This document shows, piece after piece, positions 24,577 to 36,957 of a stretch of DNA of 48,162 nucleotides. A model generated the notes under the pieces. The model was not told the origin of the DNA and did no database searches. It saw nothing but the letters and a program-made list of their open reading frames with translations. Made by a program: the position numbers and the translations under genes. Each line of letters opens with the position of its first letter. Position 1 is the first letter of the stretch. Source of the DNA: Azolla caroliniana. Lineage: Eukaryota; Plantae; Polypodiophyta. The DNA is taken from the NCBI GenBank assembly GCA_043228905.1, contig JBHGNT010000228.1, positions 1 to 48,162 on the forward strand. The letters run 5' to 3'.

Positions 24577-25972
24577 TTACAACAAAAAGTGTTGGTGAAT
24601 GTAAGCATAGTATAATGAATTGCTGGTTACCTTATTATTATTAACTCCAACTAGATTTGGCGGGGCCTCTACATTTGGAGGGGAGGCTTCTTCTAGACGT
24701 GTGTGGGACGGCACGTTGTAAGTTGCGGTAGTTTGACCACATGTCCCAAACTGGGAAACCTTTTCTTCATCTTCATGATTATTATGGCTGCTTCTTCCGG
24801 ATTGGGCAACATTTCCATGCTCAGGGATGTCTCCAATCCTTCCAAATTGGGAAACCTTTTGATAGCTTGTGCTGCTGAACATGGCGTTACTAGGGATCGA
24901 TGTGGGTTGGTGACTATAATGAGGTCGATCATGGTTGCCAGGTTCGTGATAATTCGGGCCGCCGTCTGATTCAGTAGCCACGGTCATGGTTAGGGATTTC
25001 TGTGCGCAAGTTGGTGGGTAATTAGCGAGGGGCCCATGAGGATTAAAGGTGTGGTTAGTGGGGTAGTTAGCCGATGAGGGGATAGCCCAGGTACTGGAAG
25101 AAGAAGAAGAAGAGGATTTGCATGGCCAATTAGGGTTCCTCATCATGATGTGATTGGATGATGGAATGGCGGAATTATGACAGCTACTGCTGGATGAATG
25201 GACGGCGCCGTTGGGATAATCCGATGCCAGGTTTCGATAGCCATAATCTCTGCAGCCAGTGCTACAATTAGCGGGATCTGGATTGGGCAAATCCGGGTGG
25301 TCGAGCAGCTCGGCTTTCAATGTGCGGGCGTGTGCAGAGAGCCAAGCATCAATCAAGATGGAAGAGCGAGGTTGGGAGGAAGCATGGGTAGCATCATCAT
25401 CATCAACGATATCAACAACAACATCATCATCATCATCACCATCACCATCATCATGAAGATGAGAACAGGGTTTGAATCTTTTCTTGTGATAGGTAATCGA
25501 AAGATCTGCAGGGTGGGGGAGAGGCGGGGGAAGGAGGAGGGAAGGAGAATCAATGGGGGCATGGGGGGAGGCTAAATCGGTGGTAGTGATGGTGGAGCTT
25601 CGGGAGATAGAGGCGGTGGAGGCGGAGAGGTGGGAGATGCGGAGAGCGGGGAGGGAATCGATGGCGGGTTTGGCTTGGCGGAGGAGCCAGTCGACGGCCT
25701 TGCTGGGCTGGTCTAGGCCAAGCCGGTCCTGAAGATCATAGAAGCGGATGGCCGTGGCGACCGAAAGCCGGACACGCCGGTCCCGGGGCCCCCGGGCCGT
25801 CAACACTTTGCTGTGCCGGTCCTTCCCACCGCCGCCCTGTCGGATCGTCCGTGCCCCCGTGCTCTCCTCCGTGTATTCCCCCTTCAGCATCGAATGCAAG
25901 GCCTCCATCTTATACACCAACCCATAATTTTTGTCCGTCTCCCACATCTCTGCACCTGCCATGTCTGTGTCG

Positions 25973-26017
<45 letters not shown>

Positions 26018-26190
26018 ATTGTCGTCGCTGAAGGCCCTAGATCAAGAATTAGGGTTGTCGGGTTTAGTAGTATACGATCCGATCTCCTCCTCCTCCTCCT
26101 CCTCCTCCTCCTCCTCCTCTTGCCTCGCATATAATAATTGTCTGCTGAATCCCCTCCCGCCTCCTCGGACATGGACACGGACATGGACAC
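24577..26190 (-). CDS. TCP: Class II (CIN-type) TCP transcription factor, intronless ORF up to 537 aa
   Basis: TCP domain at 25651-25824: [60 protein letters not shown], the class II/CIN pattern. Low-complexity flanks. The true start codon is uncertain because there are several in-frame ATGs. The symbol is family-level only. Confidence 0.95.
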
Positions 26191-26338
26191 GATCTCTCCT
26201 CCTCCCCCACAGACATTCAGAGTTGATTCTCAGATCCCCGCTTGTAGATCTCACTCACCCCACCCCCCCCCCCCCCAAAAAAAAGCGTCTACAATATATA
26301 TATATATAGGAAGGTGAACCAAAATCAAAACAAAGACA

Positions 26339-26354
26339 TTAGGGTTTAGGGTTT
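26339..26354. promoter_or_regulatory. Tandem telo-box upstream of the TCP ORF
   Basis: TTAGGGTTTAGGGTTT (AAACCCTAAACCCTAA on the TCP sense strand) ~150 bp upstream of the first ATG. Another copy at ~27150. Confidence 0.5.
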
Positions 26355-27613
26355 CGATTATAAGTCTCTCTACAAAAAGAAAAGAAAAGAAAGATACCAC
26401 ATGCAAAATGGAGCTGTGTCAGATTCTTGATGAAAATGAACTTGCTACAAAGATCTATTAAACCTTTTTTTTTTTAAAACTCATTGCAGCACTGGATTGG
26501 ATTGGATTGTTTCAATGGATATTGGAGAATCATGTCAAGATAGAGACGAGACCAAGAATGAGGCCATGGCTCTATGGTATGTTTAAGCATATAGATCAAA
26601 GCCTGATATAAGTGGACAGAGCCTATTACCAAGAAAGATGAACTAGTTACGAAACATATTAGAGGGATTAAGCAGAAGGCAGCATTAGGTCATCATGATT
26701 ATGACCTAATTAGCCCAAGCTGCATGGACTTGTATTAATGTAGAGACCGTGTTTAATCAAATCGTGATCTGGAATGGAATGTATCCGTCCGGAGTAGATC
26801 AGAAATGCAACCTGCACTCGGCCTTAATCAGGCTGCGGGAAGAAGTTAGAGAGGAGGAGGGGAAGGGGAAACACATACATATATGCAGGCACCTAATTAG
26901 GGAGGGTTTAACCTAGTTGCCTTAATAAGATCTCACTGTATTTTAATTATCAAGGAGATCCGGCACTGTTAAGGAAGGTGCTTTAGTCTCTAATTATCTG
27001 TCCTCAATTACACCTTAGAGGTGCTATTAATTTCTTTGCCACTGTAAGATCCTCTGAAGTATGTGCAGAATTAATCTCCTGCTTCCAACTGCTCGTTATC
27101 TAAGGAACACATCACTGCTCCAGCAGCAATGCCAAGCAAGCCAAGGATCTTTAGGGTTTAGACTACCAATAATGTATAGATGTGAATTAAAACTGTCAAT
27201 GTAGTGGGAGTACGGTCTAGTGTACACTCGCTCAGAAAACCTTTTCAGTAATAAGCATTAATATTCTCAATCGCCTTCTATAGAGCCTAGACAGCCATAT
27301 CAAGTTTTCTCTAATTAATTCCATGGCTGGAGAGTTGCTATTAAAAATCTTTCAGTTTTCTCTAATTAATTCCATCAGTTCTTCATCATTCGATAACAAT
27401 AACGACATCAACCGTGGCATGTTTTTAATTAGCAGGACTTTATTAATCTCGTCGCAGGGCTTAATTATTCTATAAACTGCTATTAGTGGTAGGGTATTTG
27501 TATGAATATTAATCGCAAAGTGTTAGTTAGAAACCGCCACACCACCATGGATGGATTGGATGCTTAAAGAGAGAGCATTCATTACATATGTATGGAACTC
27601 ATGCTATATTAAT

Positions 27614-28500
27614 ATCAGACATCAGACATATATATGAAATCAGACATCAGACATCAGACATCAGACACCATCCAAACGCCAAAACCGAAATTCGAGAGGC
27701 ATTATATGAAATCATACTACTGTTGGTGTTCGAGAAATAGTTACCGGCAAAAAAAGGAAAAAAGGAAGCTAAATTCAATGATATTGGTTGAATAAAAGCA
27801 GGAGCAGGAGCAGGAGCAGGAGCAGCAGTAGCAGCAAACTGTCGCTGATTATTTATATGTAGCGACAGATGATGGATGATAATACAGAGAAGGCGCAGGG
27901 AACACAGAGATCAGAGCAGAGATGAGGTAGGTACATAATACAAAACTTTAATAATGAGTACTAACTAAAAGAAAACATTGACAACAAACAAACATTACAT
28001 ATATATACACATGTGTGTATCAATATGTATATGTATGTATGCATACATACATACATACATATGCAATACAGACAAGTGACAACATATAGATAGATAGGAA
28101 GTAATATGTACATACATGTGACATAGTCGACATACATACATATTGCATATGCAGACATAATATGTATACCATACCATATAGCATACGTACCACGCATATA
28201 TACATATACATATATATATGCTATACATACATACATACACACATACATACAATATGTACATATAACATACATTAGACACAGCATACCTATATATTTGATG
28301 GATATATCTTTGGTATGGTACGTCACGTGCACGCGATGCCCATCATCATCATCATCATCATGAGCACCATCATCATTCCTCTCTCCTGAATCCTGCCTCC
28401 TACCATCTTTCCATACATATATGTACATACATTACATAACTTCTCTCATTTCCTATGACATGGACATGGACATGGACATGGACATGGACGTGACATGACA
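27614..28500. repeat. Microsatellite/low-complexity cluster upstream of TCP
   Basis: (ATCAGAC)n ~27614-27667, (GCAGGA)n ~27798-27825, CATA/TA-rich tract ~27990-28300, (CAT)n ~28341-28361, (GGACAT)n ~28458-28489. Confidence 0.9.
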
Positions 28501-28719
28501 CACACAAGTTGACGAGTTTTTTGGTGTATGTGTTTTTCCAGGATGGATTTATTGCTGAGAATGGGTCCCTAAAGAAAGGTTCTATGTCCGTTTTATCTAG
28601 ATTTTAATAACTACCACAACACCAACAACCACCACACCAATATTCGATATCTCATCGTTGAATCATAATTGCGAGCATTTCGATGACTCGGACTCTACGA
28701 GCAGAGCCTTGTTTCGGAA

Positions 28720-28722
<3 letters not shown>

Positions 28723-28753
<31 letters not shown>
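28723..28753. repeat. (TC)n microsatellite
   Basis: Direct read. Confidence 0.95.
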
Positions 28754-28756
<3 letters not shown>

Positions 28757-29871
28757 GGCCTCCCTACTCAACTACTCCCAGCATACACCACTTTATTTCT
28801 TCTAGTGTTATGAGTTCCCAATCACAACACATAGTCAGGTTAGTAGTAGTAGTAGTAGATGGTTGTAGAGAGCCTCTTGGACTTGAGGTCATTTGATAAT
28901 GATGCCTTCAACATTACACTCCCCACTCTCAATCCATCTCAATTATTATTATTATTTATTTGTGTAGCCACTTTTGGAAGGTTGTGTCTCACTTACTTTG
29001 CACCAACCTTAATACAGGTGGGACTCACCTCCCAATTATGTCCACCATTCTATCCCATAACAAACTCTTGAACACAATTTAATAGGAAATGGTGGTGTTG
29101 GATGCAAACTGCATCTTCCTACAGTTTGAGGAATACAATTGGTGTACCTTCATTAACTTCGTAATAAAATTAGGGTAAATCATAATTGGATTCATGTTGA
29201 ATCTCCATGCATGATTGCCTCGAGTCTCACTTTTGAGTGTTGCTTTGCAAGTATTACATAATCTATATAGAATGGTTAAAGACAAACAAGACATTACACG
29301 CTAAAAGCACAATACGAAAAAACCGACAAATTACAAATGTGCCAATGAACTAACTATTGCTTAAGGATTCTCTAGCTAGTTATGTCGAAATTCTTAAAAC
29401 TCTAATACTTGTAGTCTTTCAAGCTTTGCAGGTTGTGGTTTCACATGGCTTAACCAACAAGTGTGTTATACAAATCATTCATAAGTCCAATTGTATGCGG
29501 CATGTGTGTGCGTGAGAGAGTGCATGCCCATATCTAACAACATGTTTTGGTCCCATCCTAGTAATACTTATCCTATTACGCATATTACTATATATGTACC
29601 CACATATACATGCATACTTTTCAAGACTTCCCTAATAAAGTTTTCCAAAATGAAGACTTACCTTTTACTTCAAAAATAATCTCTACCTAAAATCTAGATT
29701 CGTGAATGTCATGACTAGGAGACAGGTTCAGCCGACATCATATAGATAATGCCCCCAAATTTTGAATAATGGATAGGCTTCCTCTGACGGTAAGGGATCA
29801 ACGACTGATGTCATATCCACTAAATGAGGTGGAGAATGTATGAAATAGAATGCAAATCAACCACGATGTCC

Positions 29872-29874
<3 letters not shown>

Positions 29875-29931
<57 letters not shown>
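29875..29931. repeat. (AG)n microsatellite
   Basis: Direct read, about 28 units. Confidence 0.97.
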
Positions 29932-29935
<4 letters not shown>

Positions 29936-30554
29936 CAAGTTTTAGAAAGATACAAGGATGTTGGTTTGTAAGAGTTGTAATCTATGGAAGATTGTTGAGT
30001 GATCATGAGATAGAGATGGGTAGTGAATGGCATTGGTCACATCAAAGAATTGCTACTTGAAAACTAAATTCAATTATTTAGAGAGTTGCGATTAGTAATG
30101 TTTGTCGATCACATGTGACATAACCTCAACTCACACAAACACTATGAAGAGAAACGAAGCTTGAAAGGGGGATGGGTGTCGAATCCCTTACTATATGTTT
30201 TTTCGTGTTCATTGGAGACGATAATATCCTTTTGGAAGATATCTTAGCCTTTGAATCCTTAACCAATTCGTGATTCTTTTTGTAATACTTCTCACACCTT
30301 TGCCTTCATATTGCGGTAGTCTTTGCTTTGTGGCCCCCCCACTCCCTTACATATAATTGATCCCCGCTTCATTTCTAACAAATATTGATCCAAAAGGCAA
30401 AGAATATTTCGCCGATTATTTCTTTAATCATTACCCCTAGTCTCCTTCATTCTAAAGTGACCTTTTCATATCATCGTTTCCTTTGGGCCTCCTTTCTCTT
30501 TCGTGCCTTAGTTTTTTCCCTCTAATGATATGAACAAGTTGAAAAGCTTTATTG

Positions 30555-30779
30555 TCAATACCTCTAGAGAATTACTTGTCATGCCATTGGGATTTCCATA
30601 GGAATTACACGCACAGATGCACTGGTGCGTGCGCACACATGCACACACATCTTAAGGCCACCATGAACTCATGAGCATCTCCTTTTGACACATGAATAGC
30701 TATACCATCAATCCCTCCAGAGAATTACTCGCCATGCCATTGAGATTTGTACATGAATTACACATAAATGCACCCACCA

Positions 30780-30817
<38 letters not shown>

Positions 30818-30966
30818 CACACAACCCTTAAGGCCAATATGAACTCATGAGCACCACTTTTCAGCACATGTAATGATAGGACCAAGTTCAATAGCTATAT
30901 CATCAATAACTCTAGATAATTACTCGTTTTGCCATTGGGGTTTCCACAAGAAATTTACACATAAAT

Positions 30967-30997
<31 letters not shown>

Positions 30998-31045
30998 TCT
31001 TAAGGCCAACATTACTCCTTGAGCATCACTTTTCAACACATGTAC
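30555..31045. repeat. Three tandem ~150-195-bp units, each with an internal (CA)n tract
   Basis: TCAAT..CTC.AGA.AATTACT.G...TGCCATTG.G.TTT...A..AATTACAC...(CA)n...CTTAAGGCCA..AT.ACTC.TGAGCA.C.C.TTT..CACATG starts at 30555, 30708 and 30903. Confidence 0.9.
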
Positions 31046-32284
31046 CATCCCAAAAGATAATAAGTCCATGTCTTAGATTCGTACATTTTCCACATTGAAG
31101 GGAACTTTTTCCACAATGAAATGTACAAACCTACTCCCTTCTCCACTCCTTCCCCTAGAAAGACAAGAACATCATGTAGTGTTTTCTTGCGTAGCCTCGT
31201 TTGCACTTAGCCATGAAAAGAACAAGTCGCTAAAGTATAAATATCGACTTGTTTATTGCGCCCGACTTTCTTGCAACATCTTATTGAGGTTGACCCCGGG
31301 TTCGTCCTCCTCCTAGAATTGTCAAAGTTCACTAACATCCCGTGTGAAAAATGCAGTGCTTTTTAAGTGCACTTTAAACACCAAACCATCTTTTAGTGGT
31401 TTGTAGGAAGTGACTTGTGTAAATAATAGTTGCAATACTACATCCATGCCACACACACACACATCTTGTAATGCTTATCAATGCAAAGAAGCTTCTTCTA
31501 GATGGAGGAATAATGTAAATGGCTCAATGATATGAAAGGCCTCACACCGAGACTCTTATGGTAATTCAAAAGCTATAAGATTTGTCTGTATTGAGACCAT
31601 GATTACAACTTATACAATGTGGTGCAAAAATCCTTATTTAGTCAAATCATCTATGATATGATATTTCCTCTTTCTTTGACTTTTATTAGAATTTAGGGAT
31701 GCTAGCTTTTAACTTTCCACACAAACATACAAAAACTCATAATGTTGAAGATTCCCAAGTTGTAGAATTTTGAGATGTTATTGTTCTATCGATGTGCGGA
31801 ACAATGCATCCATCGTATCTTCATGGACATGCAAAATTGGTTCTTCCTTCAAAATTGGTCCTTCAAATCAGAGCTCCATCATTGTAGAAAAAAATATTTC
31901 TAGATTGCAATGCTAATATTCGTAAGCCATGTCACATAATAAACTATTTGAAAAAGAGAGAGTTTGTTATAAACATTAACAATATAACTAAGAGTTGAGA
32001 GAACTGGACATCCGAAGAGACAAATACATGAGGAAGAGACTCAACATAAATGAGCCCAACATTATGTCGGTTCGTGTTGGAATATGGCATGAGGACAAAA
32101 CAATAACTATAATTTCTTATCTAGTTTTGGCAAGCTTTGAGTTGGGGCTTCCCTAGTCTTAATATTTTCCAACAATTTTATATTTGGCAATAACTACAAT
32201 AATCATTAAGAGAACAAAGAATACAACTTATTTTCTTCGGTAGATTCCATCCACATCTAAAACTATACACATTGCCATGAGTTT

Positions 32285-32502
32285 TATTGTTCTTAATGAG
32301 TATTCGTATCTTAGAGTCCTATCCAAAACCTTCTAAAGAAACTATGGATGACTATTATACCAAGGACAGATATACATTCCTTGATATAGCCATAGGTGCT
32401 ATTGTGACTTGTCCTCAATGATTGTTCTTATGTTAGAGTCCTATCCGAAACATTCTAAAGAAACTATGGATACTACTATAACAAGGAAAAAAGTACATTC
32501 AT
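32285..32502. repeat. Diverged direct duplication, ~121-bp period
   Basis: TTAGAGTCCTATCC.AAAC.TTCTAAAGAAACTATGGAT.CTA.TATA.CAAGGA occurs at ~32312 and ~32433. Confidence 0.85.
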
Positions 32503-34235
32503 ATAACACACTATTTAATGGTAAATGGGCACAACTATGCTTTTTGTCTTTCATGCAAATGCCACCGTGGTCTACAACTCACATGAACATCTCATTTAGT
32601 ATAGCCATAATCATATCACAAATGCTTTATTATCCAAACATATATATTCATACTTCTAATTTCAATTAGTTTTATCTAATTTGAAATTGTTAAATTGGTA
32701 TAAAAATAATACCAATTATCGTTATTGCTTATTTATGCCCAATTATATAATTTTTGGGATGGGAGGATTACTTCGATATAACCTCCTATACACATTTATA
32801 TACATTATGAGCCCTTTTGTAAGGGGAAGAGAATTTATAATTTTATGCTTAGTAGTTGCCTAACATACATACATACTCTAGTTTATGATGCGTGTAAGGG
32901 ATTTAAAAAGATAACGTACTACAACTAATAACTATACTTAGTAAAATTGATTATTAGAGAATTTACTCCGTTAGAAAGCATGGAGAGTATTGCTACTTAA
33001 TCGTTGTTCTGAATTATTTCCTCCAATTAGGTGCTCCCTTGTCAAAGGATGGAAGTTAGATATTTAGGGAAAATTTCAGAATATCATCATCTCATGTATG
33101 GGGGGATAGATCTATTGGATTTTATTTTTTTGCATGGAAACAAGTCTTAGTTGGATTGCTCCACATTGCGCTATAATGGAACCCACATTTTACCACATCA
33201 GATGGTTTAGTGCTTAGTTGTAGACATTGGTTTGCGTGGGGGCAAAATGGTAGGTCTTGCAAACTCATGGAAGACCTGGTGAATTTTTTTATCACGACTT
33301 TGGGAGGAACAAAAGCATCTACTAGCCAAGATTCATGGAGGACAAATAATGTTTTAACAAATTCAAGAAGTTATGGACTGAGCCACTATACCATCCACTA
33401 GCTCTCACCTCACATGGGTAGGTGATTTTTCAAGCTTGGAAGTACTCTTGACTATAAAAGGACATTTGAAGGATAAGACCTTTCATTATTTTGATGTGGA
33501 TAATGCAAGTCAATTGTCTCCATCGCAGGAAATGGTAATCGGTTATCCTTATGTTATGGAACACAAAATAAGGGTAATAGGATATGTTGATCACAAATGG
33601 TACACTAATCATAAAGTCACATTGGAAGTTGTGGGTGTTAAGTAAACAACTTTGTTCAGATTAGCATGGAACCCAACTAACTATCTGTGAGCAAACCCAT
33701 CTATTGGTCATAACTTTAATTTTTCCCAATATTCTTTGCGATTGGGAAGATGTATTTTGTCTTGTGGACGGGATGTTTTACCAATTGCATTTCAATATTG
33801 GAGTCAACAAGGTATTACTCCAAAGTTTCTTGCTAAGTTTTGGATTAACGTTATCAGAAAGAAAACAACCACGACACATACTTCATGTGCAGTGATTACT
33901 TGTGCATCGAGCCTTCAAGTTGCCTATTGGCACAAGATTTCATAAGTTGGGCGTATGCACTACTTGTGTCATTATATATTACATTTGGAAGGCTCCTTGC
34001 CCTTTCATTCTCCATCAAGTTAGAGCCTCACCAGTTGAAATGATACGTAATATTTGGTTGGAAATGATCCATACTTAAAAAGGACAACAAGATTGGTCCT
34101 AGTGAGATTTTGAAGCTAAAGCGACTCAACGCCATCAATTTCTTACTCTTTGGAAAGCTACTCCACATCTATGGATTGAGGTCACATGATTGGCACAATA
34201 TCTAACAATCTATATTTTCTATCGCCACTTCTCCT

Positions 34236-34519
34236 TGTGAAACTTTGAGTATTCTTGTTAAAAGATGAGAGAGAGAGAGACAGAGAAATAGTGTGTGTTT
34301 CCGGCTGATGAAGATTCCAGACATAGGTTCATTAGATATCTGGTTGCTAAAGGCATTTGGGTGGTTATATCACAAATTTGTGAAACTTCGAGTATTCTTG
34401 TTAAAAGATGAGAGAGAGAGACAGAGAGATAGTGTGTGTGTCCGGCTGATGAAGATGCCAGACAGAGGTTCATTCGATATCTGGTTGCTAAAGCCATTTA
34501 GGTGGTTATATCACAAATT
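34236..34519. repeat. ~142-bp tandem duplication containing (GA)n and (GT)n tracts
   Basis: TGTGAAACTT.GAGTATTCTTGTTAAAAGATG(AG)n...GGTGGTTATATCACAAATT at 34236 and 34379, highly similar copies. Confidence 0.95.
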
Positions 34520-34902
34520 TGGGCATCGATAACAAGAAATATTTTGTCACCTTTTAAGTGGGTTTTTATTGATGACGATAAAGACATGCCCGAACCATCA
34601 TGTAAGGTCGTGTTTGACTACCTTAGGAATTGGGGGATGTGGTTTAATTGGACCATGAGAAATGGGTTCTAGTTTGGTGGACTTCATGGGGTGGGGTAAC
34701 ACAACAACTCTGTAGGATGAAGGGAAGTTGATTTGGCAATTTTTGCAACTATGTTGTATGGGGACAGTCCCAAGAGGAGATAGAGGTATGTCGTCTACTT
34801 TTGCAACACTTGAGAGGGTTTCCCTTGCATTATCACTATTTATGCAATAGGGAAGATAACAAGGGTTGTATTATCATCTTGTTTTAATAACACACATTTA
34901 TT

Positions 34903-34905
<3 letters not shown>

Positions 34906-34946
<41 letters not shown>

Positions 34947-34966
34947 TGTGTGTGTGTGTGTGTGTG
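34906..34966. repeat. Compound (GA)n(GT)n microsatellite
   Basis: Direct read. Confidence 0.95.
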
Positions 34967-36957
34967 AGCACATGTTCATACTTGCAAGTTGCAAGTTTGG
35001 TATAGATATTGCGCAAAGAGATTGAATCCGCTTCCATAGCAAAGACAAGGAAAGAATGGCAAAGACAAATGGGTGGTCATGTATGATGCTTGATACTAGA
35101 AGAAGTGGATGCTTGGGTACAATGGCGAAAAGAGAACAAATTATGATAATATATAATGCTTGTAGAGTTACAAGAAATTCCATAATGGGAAATGCATGAC
35201 AGATTCCATGCCCATTTTTGCAATATCAAGGAAGGAGGGGATCCTAATATTGATAGCAAATGAGATTACCATGGAGAGGCATTTTCAAGATTCATTTATT
35301 GATCAAACTACATCTAATTATCTATGTTTGACAAACATTTAATGGCTATGTTTGAATAACATGAATGTCTATTTGGTGCATATTCGAGTACTCTCGATTG
35401 TTATGGTATTGTTGATGATATCATTGAAATTGACTATTAGTTTTTCTCGACGTTCATCTTGGATGTGATGTGATTTTAGGAAATTTGTTGAGGAAATAAC
35501 ATTGTAGTATAAATGGGTTCTAATGGATTTTTTGCAATCTAACTCCATTAAGCATTACGGATGGCACATATGCTTTCAAATCAATCAACAACGGTGTGTG
35601 ATGGACTTTGCGAATATATTGCATTAGGTCTCACAATGAAGAGATGGAATTGACTTCAAAACAATCACACAAGGGACCTAATACACTTACTTTAAAGAAT
35701 GCATTCATTATTGTACAAATGGATTTTTACAAGCAAAACCTTACAGCTAGTAGATATGTCTAGAAGCACAAGGCTTGGCTCAATTAGTAAGGATTCACTT
35801 AGTAGCACTGATCAATCTCGATGAAGATGACAACACTATGGATGTGTCTTTCACTAAGGTTTTGTCCACTACCAAATGCGGAGATTGTAATAAGTTGATG
35901 CAGTTAGAGGGTGCATTTGACCAAGGATCACACATCCTAGATTGACGTTGGATCAAGAGTTTGGAACTCAACATGAACCATTGTGCATGCCCACCAATTA
36001 GGAGATGGTGTTCATACATCATAGCATGTGGATGCCTGCAATAAATAGGTGTAGATGCTTAGCGCCTAAAAGTAATGTTGTTGATATTTGCATGTGTGTA
36101 TATGTGTGTGGATGAATTTTGTAAATTCCAAGTTGTGTCTTATCCTTTGTTGGGAGATTGTTATAAATAGAAACGCGTGGAATTTCCAAATACGCCATGT
36201 AAATGTGAACTTTTGATTATACTTTATTAACATTGGATGAAGACCATTTTATTAATTTTTATCTTTTATATATTCTCTCTCCCACCCCCACCCCAATGAC
36301 AGACTCCTCGACAACACGTAGTGTGCCTTCAACAAGTGTGGGAGTATTCCTCTTACAATCCAGGTGTTTGCTACGTTTATAAGTAAAATTCTTGAATATG
36401 AAGAATCACTAGTCAATTCTACACATACTATGTAAAAATGTTCACATTTGGTTCCATATGTCATATTTAACTTGGGAGAAGGTAGTAAAATCCATCTATC
36501 CCCACCCCTATAAAACACACATATTTATATCAGTTTTCCATTGCACGAGGACTACCTATCTAGTTCTCTAAATGGTAAGATTTTATAAGAGAACAAGACT
36601 TAGTTCTCATCATTCATATTGTTTGTCTTCTTGTGAAACAATCATGTACATTGTATTGTACTTACTATTGTGAATAATGAAGCTAACACCTTAGTCATTG
36701 TACTTTGAGTCTCTATCATCTTAATTCTTTTCATGATGTGTATGCATATCTATCATGCTATTATTCATTATTTTGCCCTCTTTCTTGTTTTATTATATCC
36801 ATCTTTGAATGTTGTGTATATTTGTTTTGTTCTTATCGACAACTTGCCATTCTTTCCTATAATGCTTTTGTCGGTCTCGAGTTAGTAGGTCAAAGTTAAG
36901 TTTGCCCTAATTTCAACAATTAGTAAGTGCAATATCTGATCAATTGAATAGAGCTTC

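Larger units (their letters stand above)
33300..35560 (+). mobile_element. Highly decayed CACTA/En-Spm transposase remnant
   Basis: Plus-strand fragments YGLRSHDWH (~34170-34196; compare the CACTA GLKSHDCH motif) and CYGIVDDIIEIDY*FFSTFILDV (~35398-35470; compare DUF4216 YYG.LEDI.ELDY). Many stops, interrupted by repeats. Boundaries approximate. Confidence 0.65.

Noticed and set aside
27839-27869. Short hairpin CTGTCGCT...AGCGACAG as a miRNA precursor
   Set aside because: The stem is only ~8 bp and has no match to a conserved plant miRNA that I recognise.
27961-28428. 155-aa minus-strand ORF rich in Tyr/Met/Cys/Val
   Set aside because: Product of (CATA)n/(TA)n low-complexity sequence; no coding signature.
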